54,375 bases of DNA. It comes from Octopus bimaculoides (taxonomy: Eukaryota). Of this stretch, positions 14,358 through 25,901 are shown piece by piece. Location: positions 32,170,751-32,225,125 of the forward strand of contig NC_068992.1 of NCBI RefSeq assembly GCF_001194135.2, in the 5' to 3' direction. The translations under genes and the position numbers were made by a program. Position 1 is the stretch's first letter. Every line of letters starts with the position of its first letter. The notes beneath the pieces were generated by a model that was not told the origin of the DNA, made no database searches, and saw only the letters and a program-made list of their open reading frames with translations.

Positions 14358-15609
14358 CTGCATTATTGTTTTTGGTAATTATTTTATTGTTGTGCTGGCT
14401 GATTAAAGAGGCGAAGTTCTTGCAGCAAGAATAGCTAATCTTAAGCGTTCTTCTGTTAAATATTCTATAAAACTTATGATCAGGTTGAAAGTGCCTAGTG
14501 ACTAATTTTAAGAATTCTTTACCTATATTCGTTCTTACGGCCATATTGAAAGCCGGGTTGAACCACAAAACTTTCCTAGTCCTATTCCTACGTGCCGGGC
14601 TGCTGCCAGCATTAGATTGGGTGCACTGAATCCTCTCAGAGAATCCACTATTCCTTAAAGCACTACCATAATACGGTGCTGCATTGCGGAATGTTGCTTC
14701 GTCTGCAGTAACCCTAACTAAGTTTCTAAGAATAACAGGCGGATGGTTGGATTCTCTGCTGATATAGGATAGTTTGTCGTTTGGTTTACGGTAAAGCTTA
14801 AATATATTCGAATCCAAGTCTAAATTTATGTCTAAGAAATCTACTTTGTTTAGGTTGGTATCTACTGTAATCCGTAAACCTATACTTTGGAAGAAAGCTA
14901 TAAGATTATTCCTGAGCTTATCTAGTTCGTGACCGTTTAAATTATGGGTGACTATAATACCGCCATCCCTATATAATCCTGCGTCTATAAACGGAAATTC
15001 CTGTTTTAGATAATGCAGAATGTAAGCCCCTATAAGCGTGCACAATTCCGCCCCGTCGTATGCCCCCATCGGTGCATCGAAAAGAGAATCTTCACTCTTT
15101 TTAATCCAGGTGGATCCTTCATGAAAAAGTAGTGATTTCCTTGCGTGCATTATAATGTCTATTTCCGAGCTATTGATGTCGACATACTGCTTGGTGAATT
15201 CTAATGCTCTTAGGAGCAAAGATCTGGATATTGATGGGTAAAAATCAACAATACCGAACTGCGTAAATTTGCAGCTGCGCTTATTACTAATCCCCTTAAA
15301 CCAATCTATAACTGACTTATTATTTTTCTAAATCCGTAAATTTAAATCACTATCTAACTTAATTAAAATCCGGTCTAAAATATATTTGCTAATAATCCCA
15401 ATTTCAGTCTTAGCAGGATTAATTAATCTACATTTGGGGTTTCTATTAAAATTATCTTTATGGTCTTTTAGGGTGACAAAAGCAGGTCGGGGAGATAGGT
15501 ATTCTATTCTATCGCTAATCTTAAGATTGTTAGTTATTCTTCTTGCTTCCAAATTCACCTCTTTATATAAATTTGTGTTGTCTTTTTTGTATGTGTCAGT
15601 GATGCAATT
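14358..15609 (-). mobile_element. Penelope-like element reverse transcriptase, inactivated; both ends hidden in gaps; probably the C-terminal-endonuclease Hydra-like clade
   Basis: One frame: AFVTLKDHK..NPKCRLINPAKTEIG..(TAG 15328-15330)..TQFGIVDFYPSI..FDAPMGAYDGAELC..GLYRDGG..VDFLDINLDL..YRKPN..SNHPP..RKVLWFNPAF..TNIGKEFL..KISYSCCKN. PLE RT motifs are clear; the clade call is from recalled motifs. Confidence 0.9.
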
Positions 15610-16184
15610 NNNNNNNNNNNNNNNNNNNNNNNNNNNNNNNNNNNNNNNNNNNNNNNNNNNNNNNNNNNNNNNNNNNNNNNNNNNNNNNNNNNNNNNNNNN
15701 NNNNNNNNNNNNNNNNNNNNNNNNNNNNNNNNNNNNNNNNNNNNNNNNNNNNNNNNNNNNNNNNNNNNNNNNNNNNNNNNNNNNNNNNNNNNNNNNNNNN
15801 NNNNNNNNNNNNNNNNNNNNNNNNNNNNNNNNNNNNNNNNNNNNNNNNNNNNNNNNNNNNNNNNNNNNNNNNNNNNNNNNNNNNNNNNNNNNNNNNNNNN
15901 NNNNNNNNNNNNNNNNNNNNNNNNNNNNNNNNNNNNNNNNNNNNNNNNNNNNNNNNNNNNNNNNNNNNNNNNNNNNNNNNNNNNNNNNNNNNNNNNNNNN
16001 NNNNNNNNNNNNNNNNNNNNNNNNNNNNNNNNNNNNNNNNNNNNNNNNNNNNNNNNNNNNNNNNNNNNNNNNNNNNNNNNNNNNNNNNNNNNNNNNNNNN
16101 NNNNNNNNNNNNNNNNNNNNNNNNNNNNNNNNNNNNNNNNNNNNNNNNNNNNNNNNNNNNNNNNNNNNNNNNNNNNNNNNNNNN

Positions 16185-16434
16185 TGTCAGAAAATAACTT
16201 TAGGAGTTGTAAAGAAAGAATTTGTAAGTAGTTGTTTCTGAGAGCTATTCTATTGGACCTCTGCCTAACCATTAAAACATTTATTTAATTATGAACATAG
16301 GGAAAAATTATACATTAATCCCTATTTTTGTAAGCAGTTGTATCCGTAAAAATTTTATTTGCAGAGAGTAGAAATTGAAAGAAGATATATGAAATGGACG
16401 TGTGTGTGTATGTGTGTGTATGTGTGTGTGTGTA

Positions 16435-16471
<37 letters not shown>

Positions 16472-16680
16472 CAGAGAAAGAGACAAAGAGAGAGACAGAG
16501 AAAGAGACAAAGAGAGAGACAGAGAGAGAGAGCGTGCGTGTTGCGCGTGTGTGCGCGAGAGAGAAAGAGAGATAGAATGAGTAAGTGAAGGTGTGTGTCA
16601 TTGACTTACGGCGACTACGAAGTTTTTGAGGCGGCAGATGACTGGGGTGATTTGAAAGATATGAAGAATTGCCGTCTTTT
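16185..16680 (-). mobile_element. Non-coding Helitron-associated sequence downstream of the helicase stop, with embedded compound (TG)/(GA)/(GACA) microsatellite
   Basis: 16190-16270 and 16360-16405 match modules at 17541-17621 and 18343-18420; microsatellite 16400-16570. Confidence 0.6.
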
Positions 16681-17430
16681 CAGTGGAGCGCTTCTTTGTA
16701 GGCGACGTTTCTCATTTTCCCCTCTGATGCACAAATGTATAGACTTTGTGGCCTGCCAACACGGGAGCATCCAACATAAAGTTGACCATGGGAGAAGACT
16801 TGCTCTGTGAGGTTTAAACCAACCATTTGAGATGATTGACCCTGTGCCTTATTTATTGTCATTGCAAAGAAAAGTTTGATAGGACATTGAAGCCGCTTAA
16901 ACTTGTAGATCGTATCGGAGGGTGTGAGGGACATTGGAATTATAAGTACATCTTGACCATTGAAGATGGTTGCCTACAGAACTCGGGAGTATACTTTTTT
17001 GATTATCATGCGCGTGCCGTTACACATTGTTGGAACATCCACATTTTGCAGCAGCATAATGGGCGCCCCAACCTTAACATGTAGTTTGGGAAGTTTGGGA
17101 ATTAAGGAATTCTGTTTTGAAAACGGTTGTATCATCCGGGTTTTCATGCGTGTCAATGGACTTGAAAGAGAGTTTTTTTCCAGGTAGCGGATGGAAAAGA
17201 TTATTATTGATATCGACTGTATTATTGTGATCGCCAAAATCGCTCTTCCTTGTAGGCAAGTTGTGTCATGGCTTTGATTTGCAATGTCAGGAAAAACGGA
17301 AGAAATCAAATCATCCACAGTAGGCACAAAGTTACCAAATGGTAAATGAATGAAACCATCAGTATCGCCAGCTGCAGTTCCATTACCAACATCGAGAAGC
17401 TGCGTCGCGATTTTTGGCAATTTTCCCGAA
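16680..17430 (-). mobile_element. Helitron RepHel PIF1-type helicase C-terminal fragment (frameshifted)
   Basis: QLLDVGNG..LISSVFPDI..RAILA; LHVKVGAPIMLLQNVD..MCNGTRM; FKRLQCPIKLFFAMTINKAQGQS..VFSHGQLYVGCSRV..NVAYKEAL* are the conserved Helitron helicase motifs. Confidence 0.92.
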
Positions 17431-18420
17431 TCTCCGTATACGAAAATGGGAATTTTGGCAAATAAATGACTTTTTAAATCAAAAAAATTTGAGAGAAAAT
17501 TGTGGGAGAAGGGCGGATGTCTTTCCAAAATATCTTCGTAGAAAACAGCTTTAGGAGTTGTGAAGAAAGAATTTGTACGTAGACTGTTTCTGAGAACTAT
17601 TGTATTGGACCTCTGTCTAATCACGTTTTTTAAGGTACACACTCATATATAGAAAATATGAGGTCACGGTAGAAAATTTTTACGATATTTGAGTTATGGA
17701 AAAGATTATGTTATAGTTTTGAAATGCAAATCTATGAATGAAAATGAAGTTCAAATCTATATGTGGTTGGTAGACCTGGTAGAAATAGCAGCCAAATCTA
17801 CCCCATAACACTCTACTGTATTAATGCGACAATTCTGCGTATTATGTAATTTGAATGTCAATCTGTAACTAAAGATGAACATAATTAACCCCACAATGAG
17901 GTGAAAGAAGAGAGACAGCATAGCGACAATTGTGGCTGACTGCCATCCTGTATTCCACTTGTTGCTGTGTGAACAACTGGTTGTTTTAATGACGGAACAA
18001 AGAGGGAAATTGATTTAGAAAAAGTTTTATTCGATTTTCTCGGTAAGTATGGAGGCTAGGAAATAATAGAAAAGGCGTTAAGAAGTTGACGTTAAGAATT
18101 GCTTTAACAGTTAGAAAATGTTTGACATTTCAGTCATCATCAAAAAAGGAAGCTGTAAGAATTTACGGGGAAATTGTATGTAAGAAAAAAAGCAGAAATG
18201 ATTTGTAACTATACTTCCAAAGTTTTGAAACTTAATAGCAGACGTAGTGAAGATAAAAGGTAAGTGGAGAAGTATGGAATGAGTCATTGTTATACGCTTA
18301 TAGAAAAAATAGACAGGTACCGTTTTAGAGAAGAAAATGTAGCTGAGAGCTATTGAATTGGACGTCTGTCTAATAAGAGAGCAGAAAGTGAAAGAAGATA
18401 TATGAAATGGACGCGTGTGT
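17430..18420 (-). mobile_element. Further non-coding Helitron-associated modules
   Basis: Contains two more diverged, same-orientation copies of the CTGAGAGCTATT..TTGGAC.TCTG.CTAA module. Confidence 0.5.
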
Positions 18421-18827
18421 GTGTGCATGTGTTTGTGTGCTTTTGCGGCTAATTTGGCGGGAGTTTGCAGTCAGCACGAGGTGGTTTGTGTTTATCTCTC
18501 TAGTCGAATTGTTGTGAATTTGTCTGCAATAGCAATGCCCGGACAAGTTAAAATATTTTTTAATATGTGATTGCGGGGAAAGGGGATTTTTTGAAGTCGG
18601 CGTGAAAGCGAAGGAGACAGAGAGAGCGCGGTTGTATGAGTTCTTTTGAAGTTGGTGTGAGGCGGAGGAATTGATGTGCGTGCGTGCGTGTGTGTTTGTG
18701 AGTGTGTGGTTGTATGTGGGTGTGTGCGTGTTTGATGGGATGTGCGAGACAGAATGCGTGGTGTGTATATGAATAGCTTTTTTTAGTGTGTGTGAAGAGA
18801 CAGAGTAATGTTGATGGTGTGTGTGTG

Positions 18828-18832
<5 letters not shown>

Positions 18833-18872
<40 letters not shown>
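18833..18872. repeat. (GA)n microsatellite
   Basis: Direct reading. Confidence 0.95.
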
Positions 18873-18876
<4 letters not shown>

Positions 18877-19019
18877 AAAGAGAGTGATAACTGAAATTTT
18901 ATTCAGTCTTTGTAGTAAGTGAATGTGTGAGTGATTGACGGAGAAAAGGTAATACAGAGAGAGAGAGGGGGGAAGACAGAGTGGTTATGTATGTATGTAC
19001 GAATGGCTTCAGTTACACG

Positions 19020-19050
<31 letters not shown>

Positions 19051-19282
19051 ACATGCACGCACGCACGCACGAAGGTTGTTCTGATCAATTTCCTCAGTAA
19101 CTATTGGGTCTACCAAAAAACTAAAAACCGCATTCCAATCTATGCACCCGTCTCCACAGGTGTGCCATTTTTCATGTGAATCCACCCTGCTGTTTGGCTG
19201 TGAACCTCAAGACAAGAAGGAATACAACGCTCGCCCATGCCAAATTTATATTATAGATATATAAATGTATGTATGTGTATAT

Positions 19283-19399
<117 letters not shown>

Positions 19400-19400
<1 letters not shown>

Positions 19401-19440
19401 AGAGTTATTTCTTTATTACCCACAAGGGGCTACACTAGAT
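19400..19440 (-). mobile_element. 3' tip of a SINE ending in the (TCTA)n tract
   Basis: TTATTTCTTTATTACCCACAAGGGGCTA resembles the reverse complement of a recalled octopus SINE 3' end; short. Confidence 0.4.
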
Positions 19441-19447
19441 AGATATA

Positions 19448-20175
19448 AAGTGGGCGGAAATATGTATTCGTGCATGTCAAAATTATTTATTTATTTAATT
19501 TCTAACGAACATAAATGGGATGTACCAATGCTATATTTGGATACACATGCATAAACTAAGAATATGCAAAAGAAACTAATAAATTATAGTAGCTAATGAA
19601 TTTATATACAATTATAAATATTGAGGGATGAAAAAAGTTATTCGTACAGAACAGAAATAACTGATAATTCTGATTTAATACTTTCTTAGCATAACCATTA
19701 TTCAGTTCCCTTTCAACCAATCTCTTCTTATACTTCTTAATTAATGACTCGCATGTTTCTTTAGGAATTTTTTGCCATTCACCTTGACACATTTTCTTCA
19801 AATCTGGAATGCACGCTGGGGCTCTTGAATGAGTTTTAATTTTCAAATAACGCCACACATTTTCAATGGGTTTCAAGCCAGGTAACTGGCTTGGCCATTC
19901 TAATAATTTTATATTGTGATTGACTATCCATTTTCTGATAGACTTCAACGTGTTCTAAGGGTCCTTAGCCTGTTGTAAAATCCACCCTTCACAAAGCTGG
20001 AGCTTTTTTACAGAGTCCCATAAATGATTGTTCAAAATATTTTGATACATCTGTGTATTCATTCTACCATCTATCACATGTAAATTGCCAGTGCCATATG
20101 CAGAGAAAAAACCCCTACACAATGAATGGTGTTTTTCGGTGAATAGGCGGTACCTTCTTTCCTCTAAACATGGCT
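19448..20175 (-). mobile_element. Tc1-family transposon, 3' half, defective, with IR/DR-type terminus
   Basis: RKEGTAYSPKNTI..GFFSAYGTGNLHVIDGRMNTQMYQNIL..WILQQAKDP..KLLEWPSQLPGLKPIENVWRYLK..EWQKIPKETCESLI..YKKRL; TA then terminal AAGTGGGCGGAAATATGTATTCGTGCA at 19448, inner repeat at ~19627. Confidence 0.88.
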
Positions 20176-20267
20176 ATGCATGCAGAGAGAAAAAGAGAGA
20201 GAGAAGGGTGGAATAGCGAGACGGTCATGCAGTGGTTACGCCACCTCTCAATTTGTATGTATATATA

Positions 20268-20298
<31 letters not shown>

Positions 20299-20632
20299 AT
20301 ATAAACAAATAGTAAATGAGTATATGCATATATACGTACAGGTATGTGCATACCGACATCCACTTGTATGTATAGGTGCATATCTGGGTNNNNNNNNNNA
20401 AATATTTTGATACATTTGTGCATTCATTCTACCATTTATCACATGTAAATTGCCAGTGCCATATGCAGAGAAAAAACCCCTACACAATGAATGGTGTTTT
20501 TCGGTGAATAGGCGGTACCTTCTTTCCTCTAAACATGGCTATGCATGCAGAGAGAAAAAGAGAGAGAGAAGGGTGGAATAGCGAGACGGTCATGCAGTGG
20601 TTACGCCACCTCTCAATTTGTATGTATATATA

Positions 20633-20663
<31 letters not shown>

Positions 20664-20754
20664 ATATAAACAAATAGTAAATGAGTATATGCATATATAC
20701 GTACAGGTATGTGCATACCGACATCCACTTGTATGTATAGGTGCATATCTGGGT
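20035..20754. repeat. ~355-bp direct duplication across a 10-N gap (probably uncollapsed haplotypes)
   Basis: 20035-20389 vs 20400-20754 are nearly identical, with 3 substitutions seen near the start. Confidence 0.85.
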
Positions 20755-21559
20755 TCAGGACATTGCAAACGAAACGTAGACGAGAAAACACACAAGCCAC
20801 ATAGAGAACATTCTTCATCAGCTACCCCCGTTTTTACACCAGCGTTTCGAAGAGCTGGGCAGGACGCATCGCTAAAGCGGCTCTTCCCATAGACCGCAAA
20901 TTAAATTTGTTTACACAAATTAAACCTTGCCATGGAAGAATGTAGTGGCGGACAAAAAACAAGACAGGAAAACAAACAGAAAAGGCTATACGGCCAGACG
21001 AGAAAGATTATGTGTATGAACGCTGTGAGGAACGAACTTGAAAGTGGGGACGAAGTAAGTTCGCGTGTTTGCTCGGCGATATCCAAGGACGAAAAGGATT
21101 ATTGACCGGAAGCATGTGACCATGCCGGTGTAAGGGGAAGAGAGAGAGAGTGGTANNNNNNNNNNNNNNNNNNNNNNNNNNNNNNNNNNNNNNNNNNNNN
21201 NNNNNNNNNNNNNNNNNNNNNNNNNNNNNNNNNNNNNNNNNNNNNNNNNNNNNNNNNNNNNNNNNNNNNNNNNNNNNNNNNNNNNNNNNNNNNNNNNNNN
21301 NNNNNNNNNNNNNNNNNNNNNNNNNNNNNNNNNNNNNNNNNNNNNNNNNNNNNNNNNNNNNNNNNNNNNNNNNNNNNNNNNNNNNNNNNNNNNNNNNNNN
21401 NNTATATATATATATATATATATGCATGTATGCGTGTGTGCGTGTATAGATACATAATACTGTACCAAGATAATGCCAATTTATAAACAAGTTGGGTGGT
21501 CATTAGAGTTATGACTTTTTGATGTTTTGCAAAGTAATCAATTTCCTGCTTCAAAAGTC

Positions 21560-22650
21560 GATGAAGAATATTATGTAAGTAGGTAAAATGACCTTTATTT
21601 TAAGTCGACAATTATCTCAAAGATGGAATCAATGATATCTAGACTACTTCCGTAACTGGTATTTACAGATCGACTATCAAAGAAGCTTTCAAACCAAAAA
21701 TAAAAGGAAGAAAACACTACATTCAGAAAACTGGCCATTGCCTTTTGATGGTAAACCTTTTGATGACCAAGAACATCAAGTGCTAGTTTTAAAGAATGAG
21801 CAGAGACATGAAAGGTTAGAAGCGCTCCAATTACCAATCGGAAAAGCCGGTAGTGTTGTGAAAGGAATAACAGCTGTTTTAGATGAAAACAATTTATGCA
21901 ACTGTGTACAGATGATTGTCACTGATACAACGAGTGTCAACACTTGGAAAAGAAATGGCATTGTCATTCTGTGGCAAAGAATGTTTTCTCAAAAGGGTTT
22001 GAAAGAAGCGCAGTTTATTGGTTGTCAGCATCGTATCCTTGATATAGTTCTTCATATTGTAATGGATAATGAAATTGGAGGAAAAAGACAGCTCCCAATA
22101 TTGAATATACATACATTCATCCCAGAGCTTCTAAGTAAATATGAGAAACTCCAGGCTAATTTCAACATTGGTGAAGAAAACATTACTGAATCCGCAGGAT
22201 GGTGAGATGACATGAACTATCTATTTCATTGAACAAGAGGTTTTCGTTTCTTTGAAGAAACTGCAACATTTCCTACTGTAACGTGTCAGTAATGCAAGAT
22301 GGAATTCTCGAGCAATAGTGGCTCTTTTAGCATTTATTCTTCTTCTAGACAAAAGAGATTTTCTTCTCAATGTTTGTCGATTTATCAATTACAGCTGGGC
22401 AGAGTTTTGGCTAACTGACCGACTGTTCAACACTTATGATTTTCTGAAGATATGTGGTAGCCTGCAAGTTCATAAAAATGCATTGAACTTTGTAAAATTC
22501 TTTTGGAGTCGAGAACCCTCAAAACTGGAAATTCCCAGAACAAAGCAAAGTGCAGAACGAGCAATGAAGTGGCTTCGAAATCTTTCTGATGCTTTTCAAA
22601 AGAAGGAGAAACTTCTGTTTCGATTTATTTTATCTTACAAAACATGAATT
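21560..22650 (+). mobile_element. Decayed DDE transposase of the hAT-related (hATm/Cc8K15.2-like) type
   Basis: FDGK; IVTDTTSVNT; FIGCQHRILD (CxxH-like); GW*DDM; NARWNSRAI; IPRTKQSAERAMK. Stops and frameshifts present; ends not defined. Confidence 0.75.
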
Positions 22651-23249
22651 CTTTGTTATGTTTAAACATTTTCTAACATTCAGCACACTTTTGTTATGCA
22701 GTTCATTGAAATTGGAATTAAACCTATAAAGTAAATATACGTATTATTTTCAATTTTGTTTGATATCGAAAGCTTGTAGTAGCCTCTCTCTTAAAACAGT
22801 CTAGTTGTGAACCTTTGAATTGAGCGATTTCAATTCAGTAATCTTAAGAATATATAAATACACATTTCGTCCACATCTCACTTGCGTTTACAAGGATTTA
22901 GGCAACAGAAATACTGAAGTGTGAATCTAGTGCCACCTAGTTATTATAGTTTTAAAAGCCAATAGCAATGAAATTACTTCAACTAGAAAGTTGAAATTTC
23001 AGACATTAGCACATCAAGTTTCGTACAAACTTGAGCAGGCGTTATGACTCCTCACCCCGATTTTTGCCTGATTTGGGTTAAAAGTGGTAATCGACTTCTT
23101 AATTTCAGGATGACGTTGTTTTCAAATAAAAGAAAATAAATGTTAGGTTCCTAACGTTTACAAAGTTATTCATAGAATTTCTGTAAAGGGTTATTAGGTT
23201 GTGAAAAAGCATAACCTTTGTGGTCGTATGGCTGGTCACACTGTACAGT

Positions 23250-24557
23250 TTTGTTCAATAATCGAGCGTTCTTACACATTAATTCGCTATGGGAAAGAGT
23301 TGTAGTATCAGCCCAGTTAATAGATCAAAGATCATGTTGCTTCATCAGCAAGATGTGTCCTTTGTGAAACATTAGCAAGCAATTAGGATGCAACAAAAAG
23401 GCATGTGTTCAAGCATGGAAACTTTACCGAGCCACTGGCCAATAAAAAGACCGGCAAAGAACGGGTGCTCCGAGAAAAAACAACAGTCCATATAGATCAG
23501 CAAATTGATAGGCTATCTGAAGGAAACTAAATATTAATAGCAGTGGACATTTGCAAGCAATTATCTGATGAATCTGACACCAGCTTTGCATCACAAACTG
23601 TCAGAAGTTGCCTAAAAGAATTTGGGCTGTTCGACCGAATGGCTGGAAGGAAACCGAAAATCTCTGATATGAACCGGTGGAAGCGGATCATATATGATAA
23701 AGGCCATATTGAATGAACGGTTCAAGACTGATCAAAAGTCCTTTGGAATGAAGGAAAGTTTTTTGTTAGACACCGTCCAAATGATGAATTCTATGTGTCA
23801 AGAAAGCGGCGCATGCGGGAGGTAAGTTTAATGGTGCGGGCCACGTTCAGCAGCTTAGGTGTTGGTCCAATTGTTAAGGTTGATTGCAGACCGAACAGTA
23901 TAGGCTATCTGCAATTAGAAAATGAAAATCTGCTGCCAAATTAAAATAACCAGATATCATCGGGATCTATTTTCCAGCAAGACGATTTTCCACATTTATA
24001 AGACTAGGAAAATTTTGCAATATTTTGAACGCAATAACATGGTGGTTATTAGTGGCATCTGCAGAATCCGGATTTGAATCCGATACATTTATGGAATTAT
24101 GTTTGTAAAAGAGTTCATACTAAAAAACAACAAATTTTCCTAATTATATAATTATATTGAAGAAATATGGCAGAACATTCCAGGTGACTTTTGTGCTCAT
24201 TTGTCGAACTCCATGACCCGTCGTTGTAAGGCCGTAATGGAAAATAATGGCTATGGAACTAGATACTAAAAACAAATTTGTCTTTGTTGAACATTTGTGC
24301 CGTAAATTTTCAATTTAGACAAAATAAAATATAAACTTATTTTGCCGAAAATTTCTAAAATTCTAATCATTTCAATTAATTGCGCATTACAATTATTCAA
24401 ATTGTATAAAGAATTATAACACTTATATTATTCCAAAGAGAAAACACTTCTACATAAACTGTAAAAATGTAAATAATTGTATACAGTTTTGTTAGAAATA
24501 AATTAATGAAGGAATAGAACTGTCATCATTTGTCTTGAACTTATTTTGGCCAATGTA
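23250..24557 (+). mobile_element. Tc1-family transposon, defective, 3' IR/DR terminus retained
   Basis: MGKSCSIS..RQRTGAPRK..QTVRSCLKEFGL..RKPKIS..KVLWNEGK..FQQDDFP..NPDLNPI..; stop near 24268; terminal CTTGAACTTATTTTGGCCAATG+TA at 24534-24557, inner repeat AAACTTATTTTGCCGA at 24333. Confidence 0.85.
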
Positions 24558-25290
24558 TATATTAGGTTATCTTACAATATGGATAGGTTTCTTCCACATC
24601 AATGAGATTCAAAGAAACAGACGCCTTACAGTGTGTTCCATGTTGATTTCTCGGTTGGACAAAGAACCATGTTTGCATCCACTCATTACCTGTGATGAGA
24701 AATGTATGGTCTTTGTTAACAGCAGGAAAACAGAGCAGTGGTCAAATGCAGCTGAGTCACCAAATCACTACTCAAAACCACCATTGCACACTAAAAATTT
24801 TATGATCACTGCATGGTGGCAACAAAGGCGGTTATTCATTATTTATTTTTGCAACAAGGAGAAACTGTAACAGCAATATCCTATTGTCAGGAAATTGATT
24901 GTATGCATGAAAAACTCAATAAGAGGCAACCTACATTAGTGAACAGAGATGACCCAATTTTGCTTCATGATAATGCAAGGCCTCACACTTCTCAGGCTAC
25001 GGTCTTCAAGCTGCAAAGCCTGAATTATTCTCCTGATATCTCTCCTACTGATTATCATATATCTAAAAACTTCGAGTATTTTCTATACGCAATAAAACAT
25101 TCTTAAATAAAGAACTAATTGAAGCATTCGATCAGTTTATCAGTGTAAAAGATGACAAATTCTTTGAAGATCGAATATATGCCTTAGAGGAATATTGGAT
25201 GAAGGTCATAAATGAACAGGGGTCATATTTTGATTAAATGAATAAATATTCTAAAACTTAAAAAAAAATTTGATGTCTCCTTTTTCAAAC
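24558..25290 (+). mobile_element. Mariner (DD34D-type) transposon, 5'-truncated and defective
   Basis: EIQRNRRLTVCSMLISR..ITCDEK..KPPLHTK..ITAWW; ILLHDNARPHT; YSPDISPTDYH. Confidence 0.9.
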
Positions 25291-25790
25291 GCTACATTTC
25301 ATGTGTATATATTGTTACGTGAATGTATTTCCTTGGGCATTCAGAGAGTGGATTTCATTTGGACATATAAATCGAAACTGCATCTATAGAATTTCCAATG
25401 GCATTACAAAGGCATTTTCTCACAGAAAAACAATAGTTGACTGCAGAGACACTCAACACATGGCCTATACCAAGCCGATTTATATGTTTTCCATTGTTTT
25501 CGGTGATATGCCTATGTTTCTAATCTCGTAAAGGAAAAAAAACAGTTGGTGAAATGAGACGACCAGAAACAACCAGCGTGAGCCACGATAATACAACTTT
25601 CACTAGCTCATGTTTCTCTAAATGTTTCTCCTTTTGTCTGCTTCTCCGCTGCTGCTTAAATGACAGGCAAAAATGAAAGTATTATTCTGTCTTCCTCCTG
25701 AACTCGCTGTCATTCTATCGTCCTCCCTACTCTGTAGTGGCAGACCAACTTAAAAACAGTAACAACAAACAAGAAGATAAATAGAGTTAC

Positions 25791-25901
25791 CTCTCTCTTG
25801 CTTTGATCGGCATGCTGTGAAGTTCGAACATACAAAGGAAAATTCAACCACAATCTCCGACATTGAACTTTCTGCGGTCCAGAACTGATATACTCAACCA
25901 T
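25791..25901 (-). CDS. Candidate first coding exon of an unidentified host gene
   Basis: ACAAAATGG start context, 37 open codons (MVEYISSGPQKVQCRRLWLNFPLYVRTSQHADQSKRE), phase-0 GAG|GTAACT donor. No confirmed homology. Confidence 0.25.

Noticed and set aside
14358-15609. Naiad-type selenoprotein PLE
   Set aside because: The stop is TAG at a Trp position, not TGA at Cys; no Naiad CxC linker seen.
10733-16272. Long X-rich ORFs
   Set aside because: Artefacts of reading through N gaps; only the PLE RT portion is real.
19150-19240. Possible exon after CTCCACAG
   Set aside because: No donor; the peptide ESTLLFGCE looks like a LINE RT-thumb relic.
20960-21135. Possible RTE 3' end (GQTRK..AVRNEL)
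   Set aside because: Resemblance too weak to call.
23199-23245. TATTAGGTTG mariner-like TIR start
   Set aside because: Ten-base match with no matching opposite end found.
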